This document shows, one piece after another, positions 24,109 through 37,200 of a stretch of DNA of 64,000 nucleotides. Source of the DNA: Scenedesmus sp. PABB004 (taxonomy: Eukaryota); NCBI GenBank assembly GCA_014905635.1, contig JABVCE010000040.1, forward strand, positions 124,001 to 188,000, written 5' to 3'. The notes under the pieces are model-generated. The model was not told the DNA's origin. It made no database searches and saw only the letters and a program-made list of their open reading frames with translations. The position numbers and the translations under genes are program-made. Numbering within the stretch: the stretch's first letter is position 1; every line of letters begins with the position of its first letter.

Positions 24109-26110
24109 ATGAGTCGCCTGGCGCTCGCGTCGCGCCAGGCGACCCGCGGCCGCTGCATCGTGACGCACGCCGTGGCAGGCGCGCAGCAGCTGCTCGCGCG
24201 CCGAGCCGCAGCGCCGAGCTCGGCGCTGCTGCAGCCGCGTCCGCCGCCGCGCCTCAGCGCCGGGCCGCCTGCGCGCACAGGCAAGCGCTATGCCGTCGTG
24301 GGGGCGGGCCTGGCGGGACTGGCCACCGCCTACCACCTGCTGGTGAGCCGGCGGCGCGGCGGCGGCCGGGGCCGGCCGCTGCCGCGCGCCGCGCCCACCC
24401 GTGCGCGCCGCGGCGCGCCCGCCGCCCGCCGCAGCGCCAGGCGGGCGGGCCCGTGCACGTGACGCTGGTGGACGCCGTGGGCATCGGCGCGGGCGGCTCG
24501 GGCGCGGCGGCGGGGCTGCTGCACCCGTTCACGCCCAAGGGCAAGGCGCGTGCCCTGCCTCCGCCGCTGCTGCTGCTCCGCTGCCCGCGTGCACCGGCCG
24601 GCCGACCCGCCGCCGCCCGCCTCGCGTCGCGCAGCTGCTCTGGCGCGCAGAGGAGGCCATGGCCGCGGCGCTGGAGCTGCTGGAGGCGGCCGAGGCCGCG
24701 GCGCCGCCGGGCGCGGCGGCGGAGCCCATCGCCTGGCGCACCGGCATGCTGCGGCCGGCGGCCAGCGTCAAGCAGTCGCAGGACCTTTGGAGGGCGACGC
24801 AGGCGCAGCAGCAGGCGCAGCAGCAGGCGCAGCAGCAGCAGGCGGGCGGCGCGGCCGCGCTGCGTGCGCTGCTGGGCAGCGCGCTCGCCGACGGCGCCGC
24901 GGCCAGCCGGCTGGTGCCGGGCGTCACGCTGCCGATGGTGGCGGCCGCGGAGCAGCCGTCGCAGCCGTCGGCGGGGGCCGAGCAGGCGCCGCGGAGCCGG
25001 CGGGGCGGGGCGGCGGCGGCGCGGCGCGCGCCGCCAGAGGGCTGGGCGCCCGCCGCGGCCGCCGCGCTGCACGTCCCAGGCGGCATCACCCTGGCACCGC
25101 TCCCATACATGCGGCGCCTGTGGGCGGCCTGCGAGCGCGTGGCGGCCGCGCGGCGCGACGGCAGCAGCGCCGCGCTCGCCGTGCGGACGCTCTCGTCGCT
25201 GGCGGAGCTCTGCGGCGGCAGCGGCGGGGCGTACGACGCGGTCGTCGTCGCCGCGGGCGCGGCGGTCGGCAGCCTCGCTGAGCTGCAGGGCGCGCTGCCG
25301 CTGGAGCTGTGCCAGGGCTACACGGTTGACCTGGCGCCGCCGCCTGGCGACAGCGACCGGTACGCGCCGGGCGCGCCGAGCCTGCTGGGCGCGCCGTACC
25401 TCGCGTCGCAGGGCGGGCGCGCGCTCGTCGTCGGCGCGACGCAGCAGCACGGCTGGGACGTGCAGCGGGCGCTGCGCGAGCTGGGGCGGCGCGTCGAGCC
25501 GCCGGGCGCGCTGCGCGAGCCCGCGGCGGCGGCCGGCGAGGCGGCCGAGGTCGCGGCGGCGGTGGCGGAGCTGCTGGGCGGCGCGGCCGCGGCGTGGCCG
25601 GCGGCGGCGGCGTGGCGCGTGGCCGGCGTGCGCAGCGGCGTGCGCGCGCTGCCGCCGCGCACGCAGGCGGGGTCGGTGCCGCTCGCGGGGCGCTGGCGGC
25701 CGCGCGGCGGCGCCGCCGGGGGCGACCACCTCCCACCCATCTGGCTGCTGGTCGGCCTCGGCGCGCGGGGCCTCGTGTACCACGCCTGGCTGGGCCGGCT
25801 GACGGCGGCGGCGGCGCTGAGCGGCAGCGAGGCGGGCCTGCCGCCGGAGACGCTCGCGTGGCGCGCCGCGCGCTGCGCGCCTGCCGCAGGGCTCAGCGTT
25901 GAACCGTCGCCGCGCTCTCGCTGGCATCGAGCGCCGCTCTCCGTGCGCCGACACAGTTCGATCGCGCTGCGGGCGCACGCGCCGGGCCGCAGCCTCCTGG
26001 CCCAGCAGCGCGTCGCAGCTGCTCGCGCGCGCCGCTGCTCCTGCGTGCGCAGTGCCGCGCCGCGCACGCCGCGCGCCTCCGCCGTGTCGGTACCGTGTCG
26101 GGGGCCATGA
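24109..26110 (+). CDS. FAD-dependent oxidoreductase (DAO/MnmC-C-terminal-like), probably organelle-targeted
   Basis: YAVVGAGLAGLATAYHL, GAGGSGAAAGLLHPF, YDAVVVAAGA, SGVRALPP, WLLVGLGARGLVYHAWLG. The C-terminal end is less certain. Confidence 0.85.
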
Positions 26111-26947
26111 AGACCCGCGGGTGAAGACCCGCACCGCGGGGCGCGCGCCGCGCCGCCAGCGCACGCGCGACAGCGGCAGCGCGCCGTGCCGCGCCGCGCC
26201 GGAGAGCCTCGCGCGCACCGACGCCCGGCGCGCCGCACGGGCCGTCCGCAGGCAGCAGCGGGGCGCTGACGGGGGCGGCGGCGGCGCCGCGCCCGCCTTC
26301 CGCCGGCGGCGCCAAGAAGAAGCAGCAGCAGCGGCCGCGCGGCGCCCCGGCGCCCGCCGGCGACGGCGGCGGCCCCAGCGCCGGCGCCGGCGGCGGCGCC
26401 AAGAAGAAGCAGCAGCGCGGCGCCCCAGCGCCCGCCGGCGACGGCGGCCCCAGCGCCGGCGCCGGCGGCGGCGCCAGCAAGAAGGCCAGGAAGAAGGCCC
26501 GCCCGGCCGGCCCGGCGGCGGCGCCGGCGGGCGCGGGCGCCGACACGCTGCTGCGCGTCGTGCGCAACCCGGCGGTCGTCTGGTCGGCGCCCGCGCTCGC
26601 CCGCCTGCTGTGCACGAGCCGCGCCGTCAACGCGGCCGCCGCCGAGCACCTGCGCGGCCGCGTCGTGGCGCGGCTCGACGGCAACAAGCTCGGCATCAAG
26701 GACTGGCTGCGCCGCCGCGGCGCGCTGCTCGGCGAGCTGCACCTCAACGCGGGGCGCGTGCGCCGCACCAGCGCCGGCTGGGGCGACGGCTGCGGCTGGG
26801 GCTGCGGCTGCATGCCCGAAGAGGACCCCAGCATGATTGTGAGTCGGGGTGACCGGGTCGCACACACTGCCAGGAGGGGACGGGCGACGCTGGCGCTGCA
26901 GCCGCCCGCGCAGCGCGCCGTTCCGCCACTCCGCCGCCCGCCACGCA

Positions 26948-26988
<41 letters not shown>

Positions 26989-28529
26989 AGGTCGTGGAGA
27001 CGCAGCACGCGCGCCACCTGGCCAAGGCGCTGCTCGCGGCGGGCGAGGCCGCGGGCGGCGTGCCGCTCGCGAGCGTCGCGCTGCCCGCCGACTACCCGCC
27101 GGACGGCGACCCGGCCAGCGACGACGAGCCGTACGACTCAGAGTTCTCCGGGGACGACTCGTACGAAGATGAGTACGACGACAACTACCAGCGCAGGGAC
27201 GCCGCCGGCGTCGCGGCGCACCGCGAGCAGCGCCTCGCGGCCAAGGCGGCGGCGGCGGCCGCCGCCGCCGCCAAGGCGGCCGCGGTGCTCGCCGCCGCCG
27301 ACCCGCGCGTCGGCCTGCAGCTCCGCGCCTTTTCGACCGCCACGCCGGCCGCGGCGCTGCTGGCCGCGCTGCCGGCCTCGCACCTCACGCGGCTGGAGCT
27401 CTCGGCGCACCGCGACGACACGCTGTCGGGCTACGAGGCCATGCAGGACGCGCTGGCGACCGCGAGCGCGCTCACCGCGCTGCGCTCGCTGCGCATCACG
27501 CGCCGCAAGGGGCGCGGCCGCTTTGGCGGCAGCGGCGTCGACGGCGCGCTGCGCGGCGGCGCGCTGCGCGGTCTGCCCGCGCTGGCGGACGTCGAGCTGG
27601 ACTGGCTGAACGACCCGGCGAGCCTCGAGCAGCTGCCGAGCTGCGTGACGCGCGTGCGCGCCGTCATCGCCGGCTGCAGCAGGGGGCCGAAGCGCCGCGA
27701 GTGCGACGACGCCCCGGAGCCGCTGCAGCTCGGCCACCTCACGGCCCTGCGCCAGCTCTCCCTTCCAGACAAGGGAGACTCCGTGGCCACGGACGACGAC
27801 GACAGGGGCTGGCTCGTCGAGGGCGACACGCTGCCGCCGCGGGTGGAGGAGCTGACGCTCGGCTCGGCCGGCGGCGAGCTCGGCCCGCTGCTGGCGCTGA
27901 GCGCGCTCACGCGGCTCGTGCTGGGCGCCTGCTACGCGCCGGCGAGCGCGCTCACGCGGCTCGCGGCGCTGCCGGCGCTGGCCGAGCTGGAGCTGGTGCA
28001 CCCGACCGCCAAGGCGACCAAAAACGGCGCGCCGGCGTGGGGCGGCCTGCCCGCGCTGCGCGCGCTGAGCGTGTGCGGCGCGCCGGCGGCGGTGTGGGAT
28101 TACTGCGCGGAGAAGTTCAAGCCGCGCGTGGCCGGCGCCGGCGTGCCGCTGGCCGAGATCGCCACGCAGCTCACGCAGCTCACGCGGCTGCGCCTGGAGC
28201 TCGCGGTCGCGGACGCCGGCGACGTGTCGCGCGCGCTCGCGGCCCTGCCGCGCCTCGCTGACCTCACGCTTGACGGCCACGCGGGCGCCGACGGCCCCGC
28301 GCACGTCGCGGGCGCGACCGGCCTCACCCGCCTCGCGCTGTGCCGCTGCGAGCTCGGCGAGGACGCGCTGCCGCGCCTCGCCGCGGCGCTGCCGCGCCTC
28401 ACGGCGCTCGCTGTGCTCAGCTGCACGCCCGCGGCTGTGGCGCCGCGCCGGCCGGTGGGCGCGGCCCCGGGGGACGGCGAGCCTGGGGCGCCAGGGAAGA
28501 GCTTCTGCAACGACGCCGCCTGGGACTGA
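26107..28529 (+). CDS. Leucine-rich-repeat (RNI-like) protein with Lys-rich N-terminal repeats
   Basis: Many LxxLxxLxL units (LTALRSLRI, LGHLTALRQLSL, LSALTRLVL, LTQLTRLRL). Model is MKTRG|SGALT... with introns 26121-26255 and 26839-26990. The start is tentative. Confidence 0.75.
26300..26485 (+). repeat. Coding tandem repeat (~80-90 bp, ~2.3 copies): GGAKKKQQ..RGAPAPAGDGG(G)PSAGAG
   Basis: gccaagaagaagcagcagc occurs at 26311 and 26398, with a partial third unit at ~26473. Confidence 0.8.
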
Positions 28530-28792
28530 CCGCGTGCACGGCGGGAGGGCCCGCCGACGCGGCGGCGCGGTGCGGTGTGGCAGGTTGACCAACGTCGAGC
28601 GCACGCAGCGGGGGCAGCAGGAGGCAGCAGGATGGGTGAGAGTTGCAGGGCGGCTTGCGCGTGCGGCAGGCGAGGTTTTGCAGTTGTGGTTACTCGGCGT
28701 TTGACTGAGTAACACAGGCAGTTGACCGGTCGGCACCACGGGGCTGCGTCTCGCAGCAGCCCGCCGGCAGCACGCCGCCCTCGCAGCGGCGC

Positions 28793-30161
28793 TCACTTGC
28801 CCGGTCCGCCGCGCCCCGCCTGCTCGCCGCGGGCCCCGGCCACCGGCGGGGGCGCCGCGCTGCAGCTGCCTGCCGGCGCGCGCGTGAGGCGCAGCACGTC
28901 GACGTCGGAGGTCTGGAAAACGGGGTCGAGCTCCGCCGATGGCACGCGCGACACGGCAAAGCCGGCGGCCGCGGCGGCGGCGACGAACGCCGGCTCGGCG
29001 GGGCGGTTGCGCCCGTGCGCGACATACGCAACGCCGCGGTCGGGCGACACGAGCGCGCGCAGCGAGGCGACCAGGTCGGCCACGAGCTCGTGGACGTACA
29101 TCACGTCTGGGCAGACGCATGGCGCGGCGGCATCGGCGCGGGCGGGCGCCAGGGGCGGGCTCGGGGCGCGTGCTCGGGGCGGGGCGCGCGCGGCCGGCGG
29201 CCAGCGGCTGCACCCGTCGGCGGCGCGGGGCGCGGGGCGCGGGGCGCGGGGCGCGGGGCGCGGGGCGCGGGGCGCGGGGCGCGGGGCGCGGGGCGCACCG
29301 CAGGCGACGACCACGTCGAATGGCGCTGCGAGCGCGCCCGCCGGCGGTGTGCCCCAGCGGTGCTCGACGACCGCAACGCCCGGCACGCCTGCGGCGCGCC
29401 CCGCGGCGGGCGGCTGGGACGCCGGGCGCCACCTGCCGCGGGCGCGCCGCGGGCGCGACCCCTGTGCGCGCCCGCCTGCGCGCCCGGCGTGCGCCGCACC
29501 GTTGGCGCCGCAGTTCTCGCGCAGCAGCGGCAGGTTGGGCTCCAGGTCGGTCGCGGTCACGTCAGCGCCGAGCTTGGCCAGCACGATCGCTGCGGCGGCC
29601 GCGGCGGACGGTCGGCCAGCCAGAAGCGCCCGGGCGCGCCGGCAGCCGCGACAGCCCAGCGTGCCGCGGGCCGCACGGCGCGGGGCGCCGCGCGCGCCGC
29701 GCCGCGCGCCGCGCACCGACGAGGCCGCAGCCCGCGGAGAGGTCGAGGCAGCGCCGCCCGGCCGCCCAGCGCGGGCCGAGGCGCTCGAGCAGCTTGGCGA
29801 CCACGATGGAGCTGTCCCAGACCGTGGAAGCAAAGCCCTCGGGCCCAAACCTGCGCTGCCTGATGGTCAGCGTGACGGTCACCGGCGGCGGGTCCCCGGG
29901 CGCCGCAGCGTCGCCGCCGTCGCCCCGCCAGCGCCGCCGCCGTCGCCCCCGGCGGGCAGCGACACCATGTGGCAGTACGGCCGCACGAAGCGGTGCTTAT
30001 CGGGCCTGCGCGGCCGGCGGCGCGGCGGCGGCAGCACGCGCGTGTGCGGCGGCGCGGCCCAGGGCGGCCCGGCGCCGCGGCGCTCACAGGTGCTCGCGCT
30101 TCCACGCCCACGCCCTGCAGAACGCCTTAAAGTCGTCATCGGCACTTGAACCTGCCGCCAT
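28793..30161 (-). CDS. Lysine methyltransferase, METTL21/Methyltransf_16 family (apparent frameshift in exon 2)
   Basis: FASTVWDSSIVVAK, CLDLSAGCGLV, VTATDLEPNLPLLRENC, HRWG, FDVVVACDVMY. Confidence 0.85.
29222..29295. repeat. (GGCGCGG)n 7-mer minisatellite in methyltransferase intron
   Basis: About 10 consecutive ggcgcgg units. Confidence 0.9.
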
Positions 30162-30944
30162 CGCGCGCCGGCGTGCTGCCCGCTGGCGGCGGCGCGGCGC
30201 GCTGGCCGCTGCCGCCCGCCGGCGCGGCGCGGCTGCCGGGGCTGCGCGGCGCGCGCCGGCGTGAGGCAGGGCAGCTGACTCGTGGCGTGTGGACGCTGGG
30301 CCGGCTGGCCCGCTCGCCCCACGCGCGCAGCGGGCGCCGGCGGCGCCGGCCGAGCGCGCTGCGGCGGCAGTGGCGGTCGCGGCGCAGCGAGCGGGGGAAG
30401 CGGCTTGATCGCGCGAGAGTTCTCAGCGCACGGCAAGTACGCGATTGACGCCGCAAAGCAGGCCGACCGCCGAGCTGCCTCTGCCGCGAGCAAAACAGGT
30501 CTGCTCCCGCTGCTGACGCGCACACTCCACGCCGCCGCGCGACGCCCGGGGTCGACACGCACGAGCAGGGAGCAGCAGGCGGCAGCCGGCGGCCTCTCCC
30601 GCACCTCGGCGGCGCAGGCGCCACAGCAGCGGTGAGCGCTGGCGCATTGGCTTCCGGCATTGCCAGGGTCACCGGGCGACGCGCGCCGCGCGCCGCGCGA
30701 GGGCGGCGCGACTGGTGGCCGCGGCGCCATTGCGGGCGCGGGCGCTCGCGCAGCGGTCCGGGGGGCGCCCGCATCGCCGCCCGGACCCCGGAGCAACGCA
30801 ATACGAGCGCCGGAGCGCGCGGCGGAGGCGGCAGCGGCGCCGTGGCGTCGGGGAGGCCGGCTGCTGCTGCCCTCGCCTCTCGCCTGCCTGCGCGCCCCAA
30901 TTGAGCGCCCCCCGCTCCCGGCCGCCCCCGCCCAGGCCCGCAGG

Positions 30945-31622
30945 ATGGCCGCCGCGGGCGTGATGCTGGGCGCCAGCACCAGCAGCTTCTCCGGCCGCGG
31001 GCTGGCGCTGCGCAGCGACGCGGCGGCGCCCGCGCCGGCGCGCGCGGCCGTGGTCAGCGTGGAGGCGAAGCGCGTCTGCCAGCTCACAGGTGCGCGGCGC
31101 CGGCGTCGGCGGCGGCCGGGAGGCGGCGGCGGCGCGGCTGGGACGGGGCAGCAGCAGCTGGCAGCGGCGGCAGCCGCAGCAGCGGGCGTCAGCGGCTGGC
31201 CGCGCTGGCGCAGCAGCTGGTGGCGGACGCAGCAGCAGCAGCTGGCCGCGCGCGCAGGCGCTGGCTGCGGGCGCAGGCGCTGGCCGCTCGGGCGCGGCGG
31301 CTGGCCGCTGCGGTGCGGAGCCATCGCCGCCGCCCACGCGCGCGCCGCCCCTCCGCTCACCGCGCAGGCAAGAAGCGCAACAAGGCCAACGTCGTGACCT
31401 TCTCCAACAAGCACAACCGCAAGTGGCAGGAGCCCAACCTGCAGCACAAGAAGGTCTTCTGGGAGACCGGCAAGCGCTGGGTCAAGCTCCGCATCTGCAC
31501 CAAGGTCCGCCCCGCCGCGCGCCCTCCCGCGCCGCGCGCCTCCCTCCCTCGCCCGCGCCCTCCCCGCGCCGCGCGCCGCCCAGGCAAAAGCGCCCGCCGC
31601 CTGAGCCCGCCCCCGCCCCCGC

Positions 31623-31700
<78 letters not shown>

Positions 31701-32202
31701 ATCAACGCTGCGCCGCGCAGGCCATCAAGTCGATCGAGAAGAACGGCCTCGAGGCGATGGCCGCCGAGGCGGGCATCGACCTGTGGAAGCTGCCGTTTGA
31801 GGACGCGCGGCCCGCGCGCAAGCAGTACCTCGCCGACAACGCGGGCAAGGTCCCCGTGGTGCGCGGGGCGCGGGGCGCGGGGGGCGCGGGGCGCGGCGCC
31901 CGTGCGCGGGGCTGGCGCGGCGCGCGGCGGCGGGCGGGCCAGGCCCGCCCACGCCCGCCCGCGCCCGCCCACGCTCGCGTCCACGCGCGCGCCCGCAGGC
32001 GGCCAACCCGCGCGCGATGCGCAACGCGGCCAAGCTCGCGGCGAGCACCAAGCAGCCGCGCTACCCTGTCTACGAGCAGGGCGGGCGCATCGTGTGGATC
32101 AAGCCCGGCATGGAGGAGCTCGTGTTTGGCGCGCCCGCCGCCGCGGCCGGCGGCGCCGCCGAGGAGGCGCCCGCCGAGCTCAAGATCACGGTGCAGGAGT
32201 GA
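30945..32202 (+). CDS. PRPL28: Plastid ribosomal protein bL28c with transit peptide and algal C-terminal extension (4 exons)
   Basis: [39 protein letters not shown]...[18 protein letters not shown]. Confidence 0.95.
31624..31696. repeat. (GCC)n microsatellite in PRPL28 intron 2
   Basis: About 24 uninterrupted gcc units just upstream of the acceptor. Confidence 0.9.
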
Positions 32203-32631
32203 GCGCGGCGCGCGGCGGGGGTGAGGCGGGGCGGGGTGCGGGGACGGGGCGCAGCGGCGGGATTGTGGGCGCGTGAAACGCAAGCTGCGTCCGACGTGCG
32301 TGACGCGGTTCAGTGGCGGCGCGCGCTGCCGCAGCTCGGCGCACGAGCCAGAGCGGTCCCAGTCGCCACCGGCCAGCCCCTGCACGCCCCACGCAGTCTC
32401 GGTCCGCTCCGCGCGCTGCTCCCGCTGCGCTGCTGCCGCTCGCTGCCGCCCGCTGCCGCCGCCGCTGCTGCCCTTCCCTCATTCGCGGCCGGTCGCCGGG
32501 TCGGCGCGGCCACCGGCGGAGCTCGCAGCGGGGGCACCTGCGCGCCTGGGGGGAGGCGCTAGCGCCCTCGCGGGCCGCAACCCTCGCCCGGCGCGCGCGC
32601 AGAGGCCGCGCCGGGCCGCGGCCGCCGGTCC

Positions 32632-33663
32632 ATGGGGCAGGTGAGCTGTCGCGAGCGCTGCGGCGTCGCGATCGCAGCGCCAGGGGCCGCAGCCGGCGAG
32701 CGGCGCGCCGCCCATCGCTGCTCGCCGCCGCCGCGCGCCGCAGGCCATCAGCGGCGGCCTGACCCAGCGCGACGTGGACGAAGTCATCGCCACCTGCAAG
32801 GGCGCATGTGCGCAGCCCGGCTCCCCCGCGCCGGCCGCGGCGGCGGCGGCCGCGGTGCCGCGCGAGCGCTCGCAGGCACCGCCCGCCGACCCGCGCCCAC
32901 GCCGTCCGACCCGCGCCGCGTGCCGCCACAGGGAGCCAGCCCGAGGTGGAGTCGCTGTACAAGCGCTTCCGCAGCCTCGACCGCGGGCGGAAGGGCTACA
33001 TCAGCGCGGAGGAGCTGATGGGCATCCCGGAGCTCAGCATCAACCCGCTCGCGCAGCGCCTGGTGCGGCCGGCGCCGCGCGCCTCGCGCGTGCGGCGCCG
33101 CCGCGGCGCGTCGGCGCGCGCCGACGCACGCTTGCACGCCGCAAACAACGCAAACAACACACACACGCAACGCGCTCAGGTGCGCCAGTTTGAGAGCGTC
33201 AACTTCCTCGACTTTGCCCGCCTGCTCGCCGCGTTCAGCGACCGCGCCGCGTATGAGGACAAGGTGCGGTTCATCTTCAGGGCATACGACGTCGACGGCG
33301 ACGGTGCGCAACGCGCCGCCTTGGGCCGCGGATCGGGCTGCGGCCAGGGGCTGGGGTCGGAGCAGCCGCTGCCGCCGGCGCCGGCGCCGCAGCGGACAGG
33401 ACCGAGCGCGCCCGCCGTCCGCGCCCGCTGCCCGCGCCCGCGGCCGGCTGCCCGGCGCAGGCCTGGTGACGCGGGACGACCTGCAGATCATGCTCCGCCA
33501 GCTCGCGGGCAGCAGCCTGAGCGACGACGACATCGGCGGCCTCGTGTCGCGCGCGCTCGCCGAGGCGGGCAGCCCCGGCGGGCTCACGCTGCAGGCCTTC
33601 CGCGACACGCTCGCGCCGGCCGACCTCGGCGGCATGGTCGTCAGCGTGCCGACGGAGCTGTGA
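32632..33663 (+). CDS. Calcineurin B/CHP-like EF-hand protein, potentially N-myristoylated (5 exons; first coding exon 9 nt)
   Basis: MGQ|AISG..., LYKRFRSLDRGRKGYISAEEL, IPELSINPLAQR, KVRFIFRAYDVDGDG|LVTRDDL. Confidence 0.9.
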
Positions 33664-34277
33664 GCCGCGCGCCGGCGCGCGCCGCCGCGGCGCCGCGCCC
33701 GTGCGCGGCCGGCCGGGCGGCGCGCGTGCCGCGTGGCGGCGAGCGCCGCGCGGCGCGTGCGCCTGCTGCTCTCGCCCGCCGCGGGCGAAGCGTGCGTCGT
33801 TGGGCCAAACTGAGAGAGCTGAGCGGCGGCGGCCGCTGAGAGGAGGGCGTCGGGGCGACGCCGTGCAAACTGCTCGGTCGGGACCACGCACCTGCCGCTT
33901 TCGCTCACCGTGGGAGCTGCCTGCGTTGGGGGGCGAACGAAGAGCGCGGCGGCAGCAGAGCGTCACCCGTGGCGCCCGCGACGCTGGGCCGGCATCGCCC
34001 CGCGCCGGGCTCCCTGCGCCCCGCTGCGCCGTCTCGGGGCCGCGGTGACCCCGGCGGCGCGACCCGCCAGCGCGCGAGGGTGCGCGCACAGGCGGCTTCG
34101 AGTTTGTGACCGTCCCGCGTGCAAACTCGCACCACGCAGTGACCCGGTGCCCCCGCACGAACCCCGCACGAGCGGTTCTGCCCGCCCGTCCCTCAGGTCG
34201 CTCGAGCCTGGCCGGTCTCACACCCGAGCCAGCGGAGCCCTGCGAGCCCGGAGCGCAGCGCGCGGGGGGCTGCCGCG

Positions 34278-37200
34278 ATGGCCCCGGACAACGGGCTGCC
34301 GCGCCGCTGCTGGCCAGGCCGCGGCCCCTGCGGCGCGCTGATCCTGCTCCTAGAGGCCCTGGCAATCGGCTGCGCGGCTGACAAGGAGCATCGCGCAGGT
34401 GGATCACCGCGCAGGCCCGCGGTCGTCGCGGGCGCTGCCCTGCGCTCCCGTCGTCACCCGCGCCCGCGCCGCCCCGCCGCAGGTGCACCTGGGCGCAGCC
34501 TGCTTCGGCGCACCTGCACCACGGCCAGCGCGTGCGGCACGGCCTGCACGCGCTGCGCCAAACCGGCCAAGGGCGGGCGCGCGGCGTGCGTCGCGGGCGC
34601 AGCCGGCGTGTTCGCCTGCGACGTGCGCTGCAACAAGGGCTTCTCGCGCGCAGTGGTCAACGGCAGCCCGACCTGCCAGAAAGCGACCTGGTGCGTGGCG
34701 ACAGCAGCCGCACCTTGGCGGCGCGCGTGCGGCGTCGCCGCTCTCAGCTTCCGGCCGCCTCCGCCGCCGCCTTGGCCGCAGCGGGCCCGCGTGTGCGCGC
34801 GCCACGGGGCTGCTGTTCCGCGGCAAGGCGCTGCAGTCGGCGCGCGACCAGCTCGCTGACTACTCAGGCCTCCAGGCGCGCGCGAAGCGCGTGCGCGACA
34901 TGGGCGGCCGCGGCAGCGGCCGGGGCGGCAGCGGCGGCCCCCGGCGGAGGGGGGAGCTGCTCGAGGCGGTGTGCGGCGCCGGCGCAGCAGAGGCATGCGA
35001 CGGCTACATGGACGCGCTGCTGTTTGCGATCCTGCCACCGGCCTACGACGCCAACGACACAGCCGCGACGCTGGGCGGGCGCGCGTTTGTCGGCCCGGCG
35101 CAGGACCAGCGCGCATGCAGCTCGTGCGTGCCGTTTGCTGCGACTGCAGCAGCCGAGGCCGCAGTTAACACCTACCTCGGGCAGGACTGGACGCAGCTGG
35201 GCCTGTCGGAACAGGACCTCGCGTTCTGCCGGCTGGGGCGGCCGCTCAACTGCGCGACGGGGATGTCGTTTGACGACCTGGCCGCGGACGTGACCGCCGG
35301 CAGGCTGGACGCGCGCGGCTGGGCGCGCCGCGCCTGCCTGGCGTACAACCCGAACGCCGTGGGCGACAGGTGCTTCCGGTCAACGGGCGTCAACCCTGTG
35401 TGCCAGTCAGCGCTGCCGGCAGGTGCGCCGCGGCCGCAGCTAAGGATGCGGCTGCGCACCCGCCCACCTGCACCACTGCGTGCGCGGCGGCGGGTTGCGC
35501 CCAGTCGGCGCGCCGCCCACGCACCCCGCCCCCCTGTGCGCTGCCGCCGTGCGCGGCCCGAAGGCCAGCGCTTCAGCATCCGGGCGCTCAATAGCGTGGC
35601 GCGCATGAAGCACCACATCCTCACGCGTGGTGGCGTGGTGACGTCGATGGTCGTGCAGCCAGAGTTCAAGGTGTTTGCGCCGACGTCCGCGCAGCAGGTC
35701 TACACCGCGCCCAGCCTGCCCCCCAGCACCGACCTCTGGTCGCAGGAGTGGCACGCGATCATGTGCTACGGCTGGGACGACGCTGCCGGGGCGTGGCTGT
35801 GCAAGGTGAGCTGCCGCGCTGCCGCTGGTCAGCGGCGCAGCGCGCGGCCGCAGGCGGGCTGCCAGCCGTGCAGCCACCGACCCCAGCGCTCGCTGCTGCC
35901 CGCCCCGCACCGCGCGCCTGCCTCCTGCTGTGCGCGCGCCCGCCGCCCGCAGAACTCCTGGGGCCCGGCGTGGGGCTGGCGCGGCACCGCGCGCGTCGCG
36001 TACGGCTCCGCTTACATCATGAGCAACGGCGACACGCTCGGCCTGGACTTTGGGCCGTCGATGGCCGAGGCCGAGCTGGCGCGCGTGGCCAGCGTCTTGA
36101 AAGACTTTGAGGGCCGCGTGTCCGAGGCAGGGCCCGAGGCCCCGGGCTGCGCGCTGTATGCGCCGGCGCGGCCCACACGGCTGGCGCACGTGTGGAGCCA
36201 GCTCACGGTGCTGCAAAACGCGGCGCGCCCGGAGACCGCCGACGCGGACGCCCTGCTGGAGGAGCTGGTCGCGGACAACGTGGGCGAGCTGGGCGCGGGC
36301 CTCGGCAGCGCTACGGCAGGCCCGCTGCGCGTGTGCGGCGCGGCGCGCGAGCTGGCGACCGGCGCAAACCAGACGACTCGAATGCAGCCGCTGCTGTCGC
36401 TGGGCGTGTTCCACTCGTGCGCCGTGACGCCCGGCGGCGGCGTGCGTTGCTGGGGCGATCAGTGGTACAAGGCAGCCGCGAACTGCAGCGCCGCCGGGTC
36501 CTGTCACAAGTGCACAGGGGCCTATGCTTGCTGGAGCGACCCGCCAGCGGGCCTCGCAGGGGTGACGGCGCTGTTCCCGACGGGCTATGTGAGCGCCTAC
36601 AGCTCGTACGCCACCTGTGCGGCGTCAAGCAGCGCGGGGCTGGTGTGCTGGCCAGCCAGCATCGCCACCGCCAAGGTGCCGCCGGAGCTGCGCGACCCCG
36701 CGCTGGCGGCCGACGTTGTCGGCGTACACTTTGTTGACAGAGCGACCAGCGACGGCCGCGCGCTCGCGGGCGCGTGCGCCGGCATCACCGGGCGCGGCGC
36801 GCGGCCGTCGCGCATCGTGTGCTGGGGTGACGTGTGGGACCCTGCCGGCGACCCCGCGACGCTGCGGGAGGCCACGGGCATCCCGGGCGAGGTGCTGGGC
36901 GACGACCTGGCGTCATTTCAGGAGGGGTACGGAGATCCGTACGTTAGCGGCTGTGAAGTTGTCGCTGTGACGGGCGACGGCTCAATGCTGTGCCTCGACT
37001 TTGGGTCGGCGACCGGCGCGCCATGGGCGTTGGTCAACCCTCCGCTCCTGCTGTCCGGGCAGCGCGACCCGGACTGGCAGGGCCTGATCGACACCCAAGC
37101 GGGCGCTGTGTGGGCGTCCAACGTCGCCGCGGTGGCCATGAGCACAACCACGTGCCGGCTCAACCTGACAGGCTCGCTCCTGTGCTACGCGGTGGTGTAT

